NCBI GenBank assembly: GCA_963693365.1
Contig: CAVNZM010000003.1
Location: forward strand, 2,333,908-2,397,907
Source of the DNA: Amoebidium appalachense
Taxonomy: Eukaryota; Protista; Ichthyosporea
DNA length: 64,000 nucleotides
Direction of reading: 5' to 3'
Of this stretch, positions 43,574 to 56,157 are shown one piece after another. Under the pieces are notes generated by a model. It saw only the letters and a program-made list of their open reading frames with translations, had not been told where the DNA came from and ran no database searches. The number at the start of each line of letters is the position of its first letter. The first letter of the stretch is position 1. The translations under genes were made by a program, and so were the position numbers.

Positions 43574-46500
43574 ATGCCGACCCCATCCCCCCCGCCCGGA
43601 CACCCGGCGCCGGCAAAGGGGGTAGCGCCCGACACCACACAAACACTCGGCACGGCGCAAAGTCCGGGTCCAGAGGCCACAGACATGATCCACCAGAACA
43701 CAGCCCTGGAAGCACTTGAAGGGGAGCTAGTCTCGCCCATCAACCACGCAAATTTACCACCAGCCAAACCACACAGCCACCTTCGGATTGGAACTTTAAA
43801 CCTGGCCGGACCTACCACTCGTACCGGCCAGGACAAGATCGTCGAGGCAGCCAGGTGGGCTGCCTTTGCAGACATGGACGTAGTCATTCTGACGGAGACC
43901 GGGACCACCCCGGGCTCCTTCACACGCACAAAGTTTTCCATTCGAAACGAAGGTATCCCCATGCGTGCCACGTATGTATGCCCACCAGCCACCACCACTG
44001 GACACACACACACAACACTCTCTGCCTCAGAGGCCGGTATCCCGGTGGCAGAGAGCTCGTCCAATGACCAAACCACACCGTCAATAGCCCAGGAGGAAAC
44101 ACGATTCCGCTACACGGGGGTGGTGATACTTACAAACGAAACGTGGTTTAGACACCAAGGAAAACCACATAGCAAAAATGCACGAATGCTAGCTATTCCA
44201 TATCACACAAAACGGCACACAACGTGGGTGATAGGACTTTATCAACACACGAATGCAACACAGGGAAACGTCAGACAGGCCCGTCGACTCACCTCACAGG
44301 TAGCCAGATTTCTCACCTCCCTCCCGGCCCCCAACGACACCACTGTCATCGTGGCCGGGGATTTCAACGAGGTGTGCCACCCTACTCTGGACAGGGCACG
44401 GCCCGAAACCGGCCCCAGTTCAGCACAGGCAATGCCCACAGGACTCGTGCCCGGGCTGCTCCACGAGCTGATGGACGCCCATCTACTCATAGACAGCTAC
44501 CGAGCCGAACACCCCACCACCAGGGAATATACGTACCACAGCGGTCCCCACCGCTCACGCATCGACTACGTATACATCCCGGCGGCGTTACGCCCAGCAC
44601 TGGTCTCAGCCTCCGTCACGGAATTACCGGATCTTCACACCGACCACCACCTGGCCTGGTGCGAAACTGGGCCCCATCCTAACCTGCCGGGCCAGGGACC
44701 AGGGCCAACCCGAAACCAACCCACACCGAGACTCCAGCTGAAACCGAACACCACACAGGAGGACTGGGCACGTTTTACCACCGGCACGGAGGCAGCCTTC
44801 ACGTCCCCCCCAACCACCACCCCTACCCAGGCGGAGGTGGAAGGGAGATGGGAGTACATGGCCGCCACCATTCTCTCGGTGGCAAAAACCACAGTGGGCC
44901 GGACCAAGAGCAAACCAGAGAAGTCCACGTCAAAACCGACGAAGGTCTTCCCGGAGGACAACGAGCACGCGGAGCTACACCGGCTCCTCAATGCAACGGA
45001 CCGGGCGGCAAATCCACAGGGTTTCTGGGAGAGGGCCAAGGAGCTGGCCGTCCAATATGGCTGGCCAGCACCCCCTCCCCCTCCGGAGCCCCCCCCACCG
45101 GTACCCCCAACAAGCAGTCCCATCATCCCACTGTACACAGCCGACCCCAACAACCCCCCGGGCATCCCCCCCACCCCCCAGGACACCCCCCCCCTCCCCC
45201 CAGGCACACCCGTCCCAGACGGGGTGGTATCAGGAGGAGGGGGACCCCGGATCCACCCAGCAGCACCAACCCACACCCACTTTGCTGCACCAGCCTGCCG
45301 CTGGCCCAGCAGGCAGCCCCAACAGGCAGGCCCAGCATGGGCCACCCAGTCGACAGCACCAACAGGAGCCACCAAGCCAGCAGCAGCAGCCTCAGGCTGA
45401 AGCCCCTGCCGGCAGCCCACAACGGCAGCCACAGCAGGGGCCACCCAGCCTGCAGGCCCTGCATGGGCCACCTAGCCAGCAGCAACCGATCACACCTACA
45501 CTGCAGCAGCTGCCTGCAGCAGCAGATTGCAGCCCCGGCCGGCCGGCCCAGCACGGGCCACCCAGCCGACAGCACCAACAGGAGCCACCAAGCCAGCAGC
45601 AGCAGCCGCAGGCTGCAGCCCCAGCAGGCAGCCCACACCGGCAGCCACAGCAGGGGCCACCCAGCCTGCAGGCCCTGCCAGGGCCACCCAGCCAGCAACA
45701 ACCGACCAAACCCACACTGCAGCAGCCGCCTGCAGCAGCAGCGTGCAGCCCCGGCCGGCAGGCCCAGCACGGGCCACCCAACCAACAGGAGCCACCCAGC
45801 CAGCAGCAGCAGCCTCAGGCTGAAGCCCCAGCAGGCAGCCCACACCGGCAGCCACAGCAGGGGCCACCCAGCCTGCAGGCCCTGCCAGGGTCACCCAGCC
45901 AGCAGCAACCGACCACACCCACAATGCAGCGGCGGCCTACAGTAGCAGATTGCAGCTCCGGCCGGCCGGCCCAACACGAGCCACCCAGCCGACAGCACAA
46001 ACAGGAGCCACCAAGCCAGCAGCAGCAGCCAAAGGCTGCAGCCCCAGCAGGCAGCCCACACCGGCAGTCACAGCAGGGGCCACCCACCCTGCAGGCCCCG
46101 CCTGGGCCACCCAGCCAGCAGCAACCGACCACACCCACACTGCACCAGCTGCCTGCAGCAGCAGTTTGCAGCCCCGGCCGGCCGGCCCAGCACGGCCCAC
46201 CCAGCCGACAGTACCAACAGGAGCCACCACGCCAGCAGCAGGAGCCTCAGGTTGCAGCCCTAGCAGGCAGCCCACACCGGCAGCCACCGCAGGGGCCACC
46301 CAGCCTGCAGGGCCTGCATGGGCCACCCGGCCAGCAGCAACAAACCACACCCACCCGGCAGCAACTGCCTGCAGCAGCAGATTGCAGCCCCACCCAGCAG
46401 CACCAACCCACACCCACTTTGCTGCATCGGCCTGCTGCTGCCCCAGCAGACAGCCCCGGCCGGCAGGACCAGCATGGGCCACCCAGTCGCCAGCACCAAC

Positions 46501-49500
46501 AGGAGCCACCAAGCCAGCAACAGCAGCCTCAGGCTGCAGCCCCCGCCAGCAGCCCACAACAGGGGCCACCCAGCCTGAAGGCCCTGCATGGGCCACCCAG
46601 CCAGCAGCAACCGATCACATCTACACTGCAGCAGCTGCCTGCAGCAGCAGATTGCAGCCCCGGCCGGCCGGCCCAGCACGGGCCACCCAGCCGACAGTAC
46701 AAACAGGAGCCACCAAGCCAGCAGCAGCCGCCGCAGGCTGTAGCCCCAGCAGGCAGCCCTCACCGGCAGCCACAGCAGGGGCCACCCAGCCTGCAGGCCC
46801 TGCCAGGGCCACCCAGCCAGCACCAACCGACCACACCTACACTGCAGCAGCTGCCTGCAGCGGCGGCGTGCAGCCCCGGCCGGCAGGCCCAGCACGGGCC
46901 ACCCAGCCGACAGCACCAACAGGAGCCACCCAGTCAGCAGCAGCAGCCTCAGGCTGCAGCCTCAGCGGGCAGCCCACACCGGCAGCCACAGCAAGGGCCA
47001 CCCAGCCTGCAGGCCCTGCCAGGGTCACCCAGCCAGCAGCAAACGACCACACCCACACTGCAGTGGCTGCCTGCAGCAGCAGATTGCAGCCCCGGCCGGC
47101 CGGCCCAGCGCGGGCCACCCAGCCGACGGCACAAACAGGAGCCACCAAGCGAGCAGCAGCAGCCACAGGCTGCAGCCCCAGCAGGCAGCCCACACCGGCA
47201 GTCACAGCAGGGGCCACCCAGCCTGCAGGCCCCGCCAAGGCCACCCAGCCAGCAGCAACCGACCACACCCCCACTGCACCAGCTGCCGCATGATCGCAGC
47301 CCCGGCCGGCCGGCCCAGCACGGGCCACCCAGCCGACAGCACGAACAGGAGCCTCCAAGCCAGCAGCAGCAGCCTCAGGCTGCAGCCCCAGCAGGCAGCC
47401 CACACCGGCAGCCACAGCAGGGACCACCCAGCCAGCAGCAACCGACCCCACCCACACTGCAGCAGCTGCCTGCAGCAGCAGTGTGCAGCCCCGGCCGGCC
47501 GGCCCAGCACGGCCCCCCCAGCCGACAGTACCAACAGGAGCCACCAAGCCAGCAGCAGCAGCCTCAGGCTGCAGCCCTAGCAGGCAGCCCACACCGGCAG
47601 CCACAGCAGGGGCCGCCCAGCCTGCAGGCCCTGCATGGGCTACCCGGCCAGCAGCAACAAATCACACCCACACTGCAGCAGCTGCATGCAGCAGCAGATT
47701 GCAGCCCCGGCCGGCAGGCCCAGCACGGGCCACCCAGCCGACAGCACCAACAGGAGCAACCAAGCCAGCAGCAGCAGCCGCAGGCTGAAGCCCAAGCAGG
47801 CAGCCCACACCGGCAGCCAAAGCAGGGGCCACCCCGCCTGCAGACCCTGCCAGGGCCACCCACGGGCAACCAACAGCTACAGACCACACCCACGCAGCCG
47901 CAACGGCCCACAGCAGCAGAGTGCAACCCTGGCCAGCAGGCGCGGCACGGGTCACCCAACCTGCAGCAGCACCCCCACCCCCCCAGCAGCCCACCTGTCT
48001 CAGACAGGGAGGCAGTGGGAGGAGTGGGAGGCAACCATGCGGGAGCAACTACAACTATACAGGTCCCAACTCCGAAGGAAACGGCAAAAACTCCTTTGGT
48101 TACGGGCAACAGCAGCAGCAGAAGCACGGTGCAAGCGTATGGTGGACGAACTCCGGCGAGCACTAAGCAGCATTTTAGACCGGGGGAGTGTGAACGTCTC
48201 GGCTACGTTAGTCAAGCACGTCACCCCAACGGGCACTGAGTACCTCACGGAGTGGGCTGACACGGAGCCCGTCATTCGTGAAACTTATCACCGGTGGACG
48301 GCCCGCAGGAACCCACACATCGAGGAGATGCTCGTCGACCCAATGTGGGCCGACATCTATCGACCGATCCCCCCCGAAGACTCCCCATTAGGGTCTATAA
48401 TGCACCCGGCCACCCACGACGAGCTCCAACAGATCGTCCAAAGCCGACAGGGGGGGAAGGCCCCCGGCCCAACGGAAATCCAGTACGAATACTTCCAACA
48501 CCTGGGGCCAAAGGGGCTAGCATGGCTCCTACATATCATCAACGGATGTCTGGCCACGGGGACCACACCGAGGTCATGGCTGCACCACACCATCCATCCC
48601 CTACCGAAAGGGGAATGGGAAGGTGACTTCGACAAAACCCGACCGATAGCACTCTTGGAAACGGCACGGAAGCTGCTAGAATCGGTCATCAACCAGCGCC
48701 TACTCTCGATCTTCCGGCAGTACCCCACCCTCCTCCCGGGGGGGAATTTTGGGTTCGTGCCGGGCCCGGGTATCGACGGGGCGCTGGCTATCATCCGAGA
48801 GACGATAGAGGATGCCATAGACCACGACCAGGAACTATGGATCGTCCAACAGGACATTAAGAGGGCATATGACACGGTGTCTTGGCCCTCGGTGGAACTG
48901 GGGCTCACCCGCCTGGGCACAGACCCCCAGCTAATCACCCTCCTCCGGCACATGTGGCACAGTCGTACGGCCACGGTGTGCACAGACCAGGGGCACACTG
49001 AGTCTTTCCCTGTTGAAAACGGCCTGGCCCAAGGGGCTGTCCTCTCCCCCATTCTGTGGATTATATTCTACGATCCAGTTTTAACAGCCATCAAAAGGCA
49101 CGGCAAGGGGTACACTTTCCACCTACCCCCACAGACACAGCACCACACACCGGCACAAACACCCCCGTGTGTGACGTCTGTAGCTTTCGCCGACGACACA
49201 ACATGGTTTGGCCCCAACAAGGAGAGCATCCAGCAAACTCTCGATTTATCTGCCCCCTTTTTTTATTACCATGACTTGGAACCACACCCAGACAAGTTTT
49301 CAGTCCTCGCCCGTGGTACCCCAACACGGGCAACAGTGGCCCCCATGCAGTACCGCAAATCCCCGGGAGCACCACCCCTACCCATTCAGATCGAGCTCCC
49401 CGATGCAAACATCAGAGTGCTAGGGGTCAACATCACCCTCCAACGACACACCCGGCCCAACGATGGGAAGGCCATGCAGCTGACATTACGGGCCACCACC

Positions 49501-52196
49501 ATACTAGCCCGTAAAATGCTGGCACCCAGCCAAGTGATCTACGTAGCCAACAGTGTGGTGGCCCCGGCCATCCTCTTCCTCCTCAAAGGGTCAGTCATCA
49601 GCAACACCACCATGCAGGCAATCGACAGCAAGTGGAGAGACCTACTCCGTCGGAAGTGTGGTTTCCACCGGAGCACCCCGTCCGGGCTGCTACACCATCC
49701 CACTCTAGGGGGACTGGCCAGCATCGTCGAATCAGCAGCCAGCACCATGGTTACGGAGCTGTGTGCCCTGCTGGAAACACCAGGACCAGCAGGGGACGTG
49801 GTCCGGTACCGAGCCTGGCAGCAGCAACACGCGACAGGCCTACCCTACCCACCCCTGCAAGCACCCCCAGCCAAACTTTACAGGCTAGGGGGAAAGCAGC
49901 TCCACAACTATTGGGCCCATATCACGGGGATCCTTCACGAGCGGCACCTGAGTATTGGGGAAACCCCTCCCCAAAAAACACAAGCACCCCCCCCCCCCCC
50001 CCCCCTCCCCCCAAGGAGAAGGAGGGGAAGCAGCAACAACAACCAGCACCCCTATCAACACCGTTTTCCCGGACCACACCTTTGCGGCCCACATCGGCCC
50101 CCACACACACCCCCGTCAACTCTACACGGTGGAGGACACCATGGTACGGCCGGGGGTGTTCCGGGCGTTCCCCGAACTGCCCCACCCCCCAGACCTACTA
50201 CACCCGGGAGCTACACAGTGGTACAGGTCCATCATCAAGGGGGCCATCCCCATCGCAGACAAACTACGGCCAGCACCCAGACCACACACCCACCACACCA
50301 TTGACCTCGTGCCAAACCACCCCGTCGGTGCATTCGTGGTGGAAATAGTCAAGAAGGGGCAATACGAACTCAGCCAGGTGGTGGCCCACACCACCCACAA
50401 CGGGGAGGCTTGGGTCAAAATAGCCCATCTACGGGACAACACAGAGGAGGAGGGGCTGAGATGGCACCGACCCACGTGGAACGACCCACATGGAACAGCC
50501 CATTTCCGCTTTTGCCCTGGTGACTGCAAATACGGCCACTCCCCATGGAACCTAGCCTACACCCCGGCCACCCTCTCCCCCAACCCCGGGTACGCAGACG
50601 GAGAGGGGGAAGGGTTAGACACGGAGCCAGAATCGGAGTCGACGGGGCCCAGCGACGACTCCGACGACTCAGAGGACTCTAACACCGACAGCACCAACAG
50701 CAAATACGAGCCCCCTGAGCCCCCAGCCGATAATCACACCCACAACAAGCAGTGTGTGGGGTGGACCCGTGCTGTGGAGGTGATACGGGCAGACCCCTAC
50801 GTGGCCTTCAAGACCCGAATCACCACCCACATGGTAGTCCCGAAGTACCACAAGGACTTCATCAACACCGACAGTATCGACATCTACCAAGTCATCGCAC
50901 TGAAGGATGGCTCCGATCCGGCCGAGCAGTGGAGGAAGATACACCATTTCCGGCGGCATCTTCCCCCCCACCAACAGGCATCACCCCAGATGCTCCACCT
51001 GCAAGCCAACGAGGAAGCCACACCCTTGCCGGGGGACCTCCCCGGCCCACCCCCCCCCCAGCAGCCACCACCGGTAGGGTCACCACCAGGACACAAGTGC
51101 ACGGCCCATCCGGCTGACCTGCCGAGCCCACCCACTCCCCGTAGGCTCACCTACACCGACTTGGTGCCCCAGGCCACCTATGACGAGTGGCAGCAGCAAA
51201 TCACCCTGATCCCCCCAGACCAACCGATCACCGTTTATACGGACGGCAGCCTCATCCACCCGGGCAGGAGGATAGCCCAGGTCGGAGCCGGGGCGGCACT
51301 GGATACCCCGGACCGGAAAGCACCTCCAGTGACGGCCAAGACCAGGCTCCATACGGCCCTATCATCCACCCAAGCCGAACTCACAGGGGTACTACTAGCC
51401 CTCCTGCTCACTCCCACCACCACCCCCATCCACATCAAGCTCGATAACCTCGGAGTAGTCGACCGATGGACGGCAAATATAGACCCCACCACACCCCCTC
51501 GACGCAAGCTAAAGTTCCCCCACATAGTGGAATGGGCTCACGTACGAGACCAACTCTCTCTCCGGCAACCAGGCTCTGTACAGGTATCGTGGGTGAAGGG
51601 GCACCAATCCAACACCAAACGGTACGGTCAACGGAATAACGAGGCAGACAAGGCAGCCAATGCAGGAAGAGTCCTCCCCCCCCCCCCCCCCCTACCACCG
51701 GCCCCGGGGGGGGGGGAAATACTTCCTACGACTACAAGGCCACCGTATCCCCGGCAACATTCCCGGTACACTGAACCGGTTGAACAAGGACTTCCTCACC
51801 GACATGGCCGGCAAGACCAAGGCTATGTCCATACTAGCCGACCCCAGACTGCTCCCAGCCGAACGGAACCCCCTCAAGCTCAACAAGGGGCCCACACAGG
51901 CAACCATCGGGGCAGTCAGAGGAAACACTCGTAGCCTGTCCCTGGCCATGGGCACCCTGCCTACCATGGCACGGCTACACCGAGATCACCCCACCGTCGT
52001 TACACAGCCCACATGCCCCCGGTGCAGCCAGCACCCTGAGACCACCACCCACCTCTGGGCCTGCCCGGCCCATGCCGGGGAAGTCCCCACCCTGACCACC
52101 GCCATCACAGCCTGCATCCACAACGTCCTGCACACTCGTCATCCAAACACCCCCCACGGCACAGCACCACCATACGGCAGCCACGGTGGTAGACCA
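43574..52196 (+). CDS. LINE ORF2: APE endonuclease, Q/P-rich repeat insert, RT, RNase H, CCHC finger (frameshifts at C/G tracts)
   Basis: APE: IGTLNL, LTET, AGDFN, SRIDY, TDH. RT: KAPGP, RPIALLE, QDIKRAYD, GLAQGAVLSP, FADD. RNase H: YTDGS, QAEL, WVKGH, NEADKAA. Finger: CPRC...HLWAC. Confidence 0.9.
45255..47990 (+). repeat. ~216-bp (72-codon) tandem repeat, about 12 copies, inside LINE ORF2
   Basis: Unit CSPGRPAQHGPPSRQHQQEPPSQQQQPQAAAPAGSPHRQPQQGPPSLQALPGPPSQQQPTTPTLQQLPAAAD within ORF 44991-48239. Confidence 0.9.
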
Positions 52197-53323
52197 TTTT
52201 TTCGTGAATAGCTTTGTACACAGGATGGTGGGGCCAAAACCCTCCTGTACAAAGCTGTTGGGGGGGGGATGAAGGTGTGTATGCAATTAGGGACTCTCAC
52301 GGCAAAACCACACCTTCCTACTTCAATTCCAAAGTCATGTGTGGTGCTTTTACATCTTCATGTACTAAAGGTTACTTGTGGGGGGGTTTTTCGTGAATAG
52401 CTTTGTACACAGGAGGGTGGGGCCAAAACCCTCTTGTACAAAGCTGTTGGGGGGGGGGGGTGAAGGTGTGTATGCAATTAGGGACTCTCACGGCAAAAAC
52501 ACACCTTCCTACTTCAATTCCAAAGTCATGTGTGGTGCTTTTACATATTCATGTACATACGGTTACTTGTGGGGGGGTTTTTCGTGAATAGCTTTGTACA
52601 CAGGAGCGTGGGGCCAAAACCCTCTTGTACAAAGCTGTTGGGGGGGGGGATGAAGGTGTGTATGCAATTAGGGACTCTCACGGCAAAAACACACCTTCCT
52701 ACTTCAATTCCAAAAGTCATGCGTGGTGCTTTTACATCTTCATGTACTAAAGGTTACTTGTGGGGGGGTTTTCGTGAATAGCTTTGTACACAGGAGGGTG
52801 GGGCCAAAACCCTCTTGTACAAAGCTGTTGGGGGGGGGGATGAAGGTGTGTATGCAATTAGGGACTCTCACGGCAAAACCACACCTTCCTACTTCAATTC
52901 CAAAGTCATGTGTGGTGCTTTTACATCTTCATGTACATACGGTTACTTGTGGGGGGGTTTTTCGTGAATAGCTTTGTACACAGGAGGGTGGGGCCAAAAC
53001 CCTCTTGTACAAAGCTGTTGGGGGGGGGGATGAAGGTGTGTATGCAATTAGGGACTCTCACGGCAAAAACACACCTTCCTACTTCAATTCCAAAAGTCAT
53101 GTGTGGTGCTTTTACATCTGCATGTACATACGGTTACTTGTGGGGGGGGTTTGGTGAATAGCTTCGTACACAGGAGGGGGGGGCTAAATTCCTCTTATAC
53201 AAAGCTGTTGATGGGGATACTGAAAGTGTGTATGCATTTTGGGACTCTCACGGCCAAAAAATATGTCCCTTTTTCGGTTCTAAACCCACAGTGTGATGCC
53301 TTTATGCTCATATAGTTACTTGT

Positions 53324-53355
<32 letters not shown>

Positions 53356-53375
53356 GGGGGGGGGGTTCGTGAATA
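52197..53375. repeat. ~190-bp satellite, six copies, each with an internal hairpin
   Basis: GTGAATAGCTT(T/C)GTACA recurs at ~52205, 52393, 52584, 52774, 52964 and 53155. The last copy is diverged. Confidence 0.92.
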
Positions 53376-53412
53376 GCATGAAGTGTGTGTGTGTGTGTGT
53401 GGTGGGGGGGGT

Positions 53413-53457
<45 letters not shown>

Positions 53458-53514
53458 GAACTGGGCTGAGTAGTGAAATGTTTTTCAACGTGTGAAGTGT
53501 GTGTGTGTCTGTGT

Positions 53515-53559
<45 letters not shown>

Positions 53560-53610
53560 GGTTGGGTAAGGGCGGGAGGAATACAGGGAAGGGGGAGAGG
53601 GGGGACGAAC

Positions 53611-53817
53611 TAGGCTGGGTATTGAATCAATTTTCTTGTATATGCTGTTGATCTTCCTGGGCAAGCCGCCCATACCCGTCAAATTAGACGGATCGTTGCG
53701 GCGCATAAGGTCCAGCAGTGCATTTGCGTCCGCCTCAGAAGACTTGGTGGACACAAAGTGTTGTGTGAAGTCGATCTGCGAAAACACAAGCCGGATAATC
53801 AGCTCAGCCCCCCCGCC

Positions 53818-53851
<34 letters not shown>

Positions 53852-54630
53852 AGCCCCATACCAAAATACACGTCCCCTTGGGTTGACCCAAGTGTTATTG
53901 CCCCACCATTGCGAATAAGTGGGTAATACGACCAAGGTGTCACCAATACGTTGTTTATACCGACCAAGTACATTCACTCGTTTCAGTATATGCTCTTTTC
54001 TTTGTGTCACAGTGCACCACTGACCTCTGCCTGGGATGCAAAAGGGTGCAACGGGTTGTCCTTCACGGCCTCCACAAACCTGGCCACGTCCCGCACATAC
54101 GCCAGCTCATCTTTGGGACGATCAACATCAACTAGGCCCGAATCGATCCCCGCCTCCACTGCTATCTTGTGTTCCATCCGCCCCTGCACGTCATCCTTTG
54201 TGCACTGGTAATTGATTCCTTCCCTCAAAAAATGTCTTGGCTGTCCTCCCACGGGCTGGTAAACACCCCCGGCCTGTGGCATGCCATGTTCATCGTCTGA
54301 ATCGTCTCCAGTATCTGAATCGTCTTCAGTATCTGAATCGTCTTCAGTACCGTCTGTATGGCCGGCATCCATGGGCACTGCCTCATCCCCGCCCTCTGCT
54401 GTATTGTCACTGTCTGATTCGTGTGCCACCTGTGCGTGCTGTGTGTGGGGCAGTTGGGCACGTGTACAGGAACGGGTGACACGTCTGTTGGTCACGGTGG
54501 CATGTTTGTGTGTTATATGACTCTCAAGGGCCGCCTTCGTAGCGAACACCCTGTCACAAGAACCTAACCTGCAACTGAACACATCTTCGCTGTCTGACAT
54601 GTAAATAGTTTCTTCTTCGCTGTCTGGCAT
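53611..54630 (-). CDS. Plavaka transposase N-terminal exons (54630-54025 and 53775-53611)
   Basis: C2H2 finger CRLGSCDRVFATKAALESHITHKH and an acidic linker. A phase-0 splice (gag|gtcagt ... cgcag|atc) gives HPFASQAE|IDFTQHFVSTKSSEADANALLDL, matching the Plavaka PFxSxxE...S...LL motif. Confidence 0.7.
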
Positions 54631-54884
54631 GACGCCATATACAAATTTCCTAGAGTGAAAGTAATGTGATGCTTAAAACATTACACGTGTGATACAGAAC
54701 AATGATAGAATCACATAAGCACACCTATGGTCAATCTACCGCCCGTATCGTAAGCATATTGAGAAAGTATATTCGCTTATTGACGACAAGGATACCCGTA
54801 TGCAGGGGAATGACGGATATCGCGTGGATATCGCCTGCATATATGCTCAATATTTCGCGGATAAAGGGGGGGGGGGGGGGGGGT

Positions 54885-54917
<33 letters not shown>

Positions 54918-56157
54918 CCCAGCCAAGGGTTCACGCATCCGCTGACTGTCTTTATTACGTCTGTACCTGTATTAATTATTGTTGTATATATATTCATACA
55001 TATACACGATATTTATATCTAAACAATATACATATTACGTGCACTTTACGTCTACAAGCCATGCACTGGATGTACATGTATATTTGGCCGTACTAATATA
55101 CATATTAGGCTGATCGTGCCGCATATGCATGCGCGCCGCCGCATACATGCACAATGGAACTGCGATGATTGGCTATTTGCTCATGGGAGCGAAGCAAAAT
55201 GCACACCCACTGAAGGCCAAGTGAGCTGCGTACACATGACAATGTATACCTTGAACACGTCATATTGTTTTAGGCTTTGAATGTAACAAAGATTGTTTAT
55301 AAGAGGTAATTAAATGGTCTATTTTTCATATGTGTTGGTTTGTTGTCGTATCCGGAGGCTTGATTATGCAACTGACCTTTGCATGACATAGGGATGAAAC
55401 CTACGAGGAATTTGCATGCCCTCAACGTTTATTGACGCGAATATGGCGTCAGAAAAAATACAAGCACCTTGGAAGTTTCATTACTACGCAAAACCAACAT
55501 ATCCAGTACCAAAATAAAAAACAAACAAACACGAAATAAACATTAAATGGGTGTAAAATACATGCTAGATGTTCACTACAAATAATACCACCTCAATGAC
55601 CGCCAAGCAGCATCGACACGTGCCACCCGGGATGCTCAACGTGATTGAGCGAAGCAAATCATGCAAACCTTTGAAGTCAAACGTGGTCGCGTACATGCTG
55701 TAGTAAGTGATTCGTATTGTGAATGACAATGTAAATTAAAAAGGTTTAGTTTTTTTAAAATAGTAGTTTTCCATATGAAGGCGTACTATGGTGTTGTAGG
55801 TGTTTTTGATGTTTTTGGATGGGGTGATATTGTGCGGCTTTTGAGGAGAGAGGCGTAAGCCGGATTGGAATTTGCATGCCTTTATTGAGGCGATCGTGAT
55901 TGGCCTATGACTTATTTTATGTCCAGAGCCGGAACCGGTTGGCCAAACCCACAATGTCATTGCACACGATTGGTTCCACGTCAAATCCACCTAAATTCCA
56001 GGGTTTTGGCGCGCCCATCGCACCGAAAACATGTTTTCAATATACTGTGCATACCCTCAGTATGTTGGCCGTTGTATTGCTTGTATTTGCGATATATTGT
56101 TTGTATTAGATTGCTCTGTCTGGCCTGTTTTGCCGTTCGCTGTACTGTACCACCACC
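54631..56157. promoter_or_regulatory. Probable bidirectional promoter region between the transposase and accessory gene
   Basis: Positional inference from head-to-head ATGs only; no specific motif identified. Confidence 0.35.

Larger units (their letters stand above)
40806..52196 (+). mobile_element. LINE with ORF1 and APE-RT-RNase H ORF2; 3' end truncated, 5' boundary approximate
   Basis: See the two ORF features. No TSD or poly-A tail found; the 3' end abuts the 190-bp satellite. Confidence 0.85.

Noticed and set aside
52197-53375. CRISPR-like array of palindromic repeats
   Set aside because: The sequence between hairpins is itself repeated, so this is a satellite rather than repeat-spacer.
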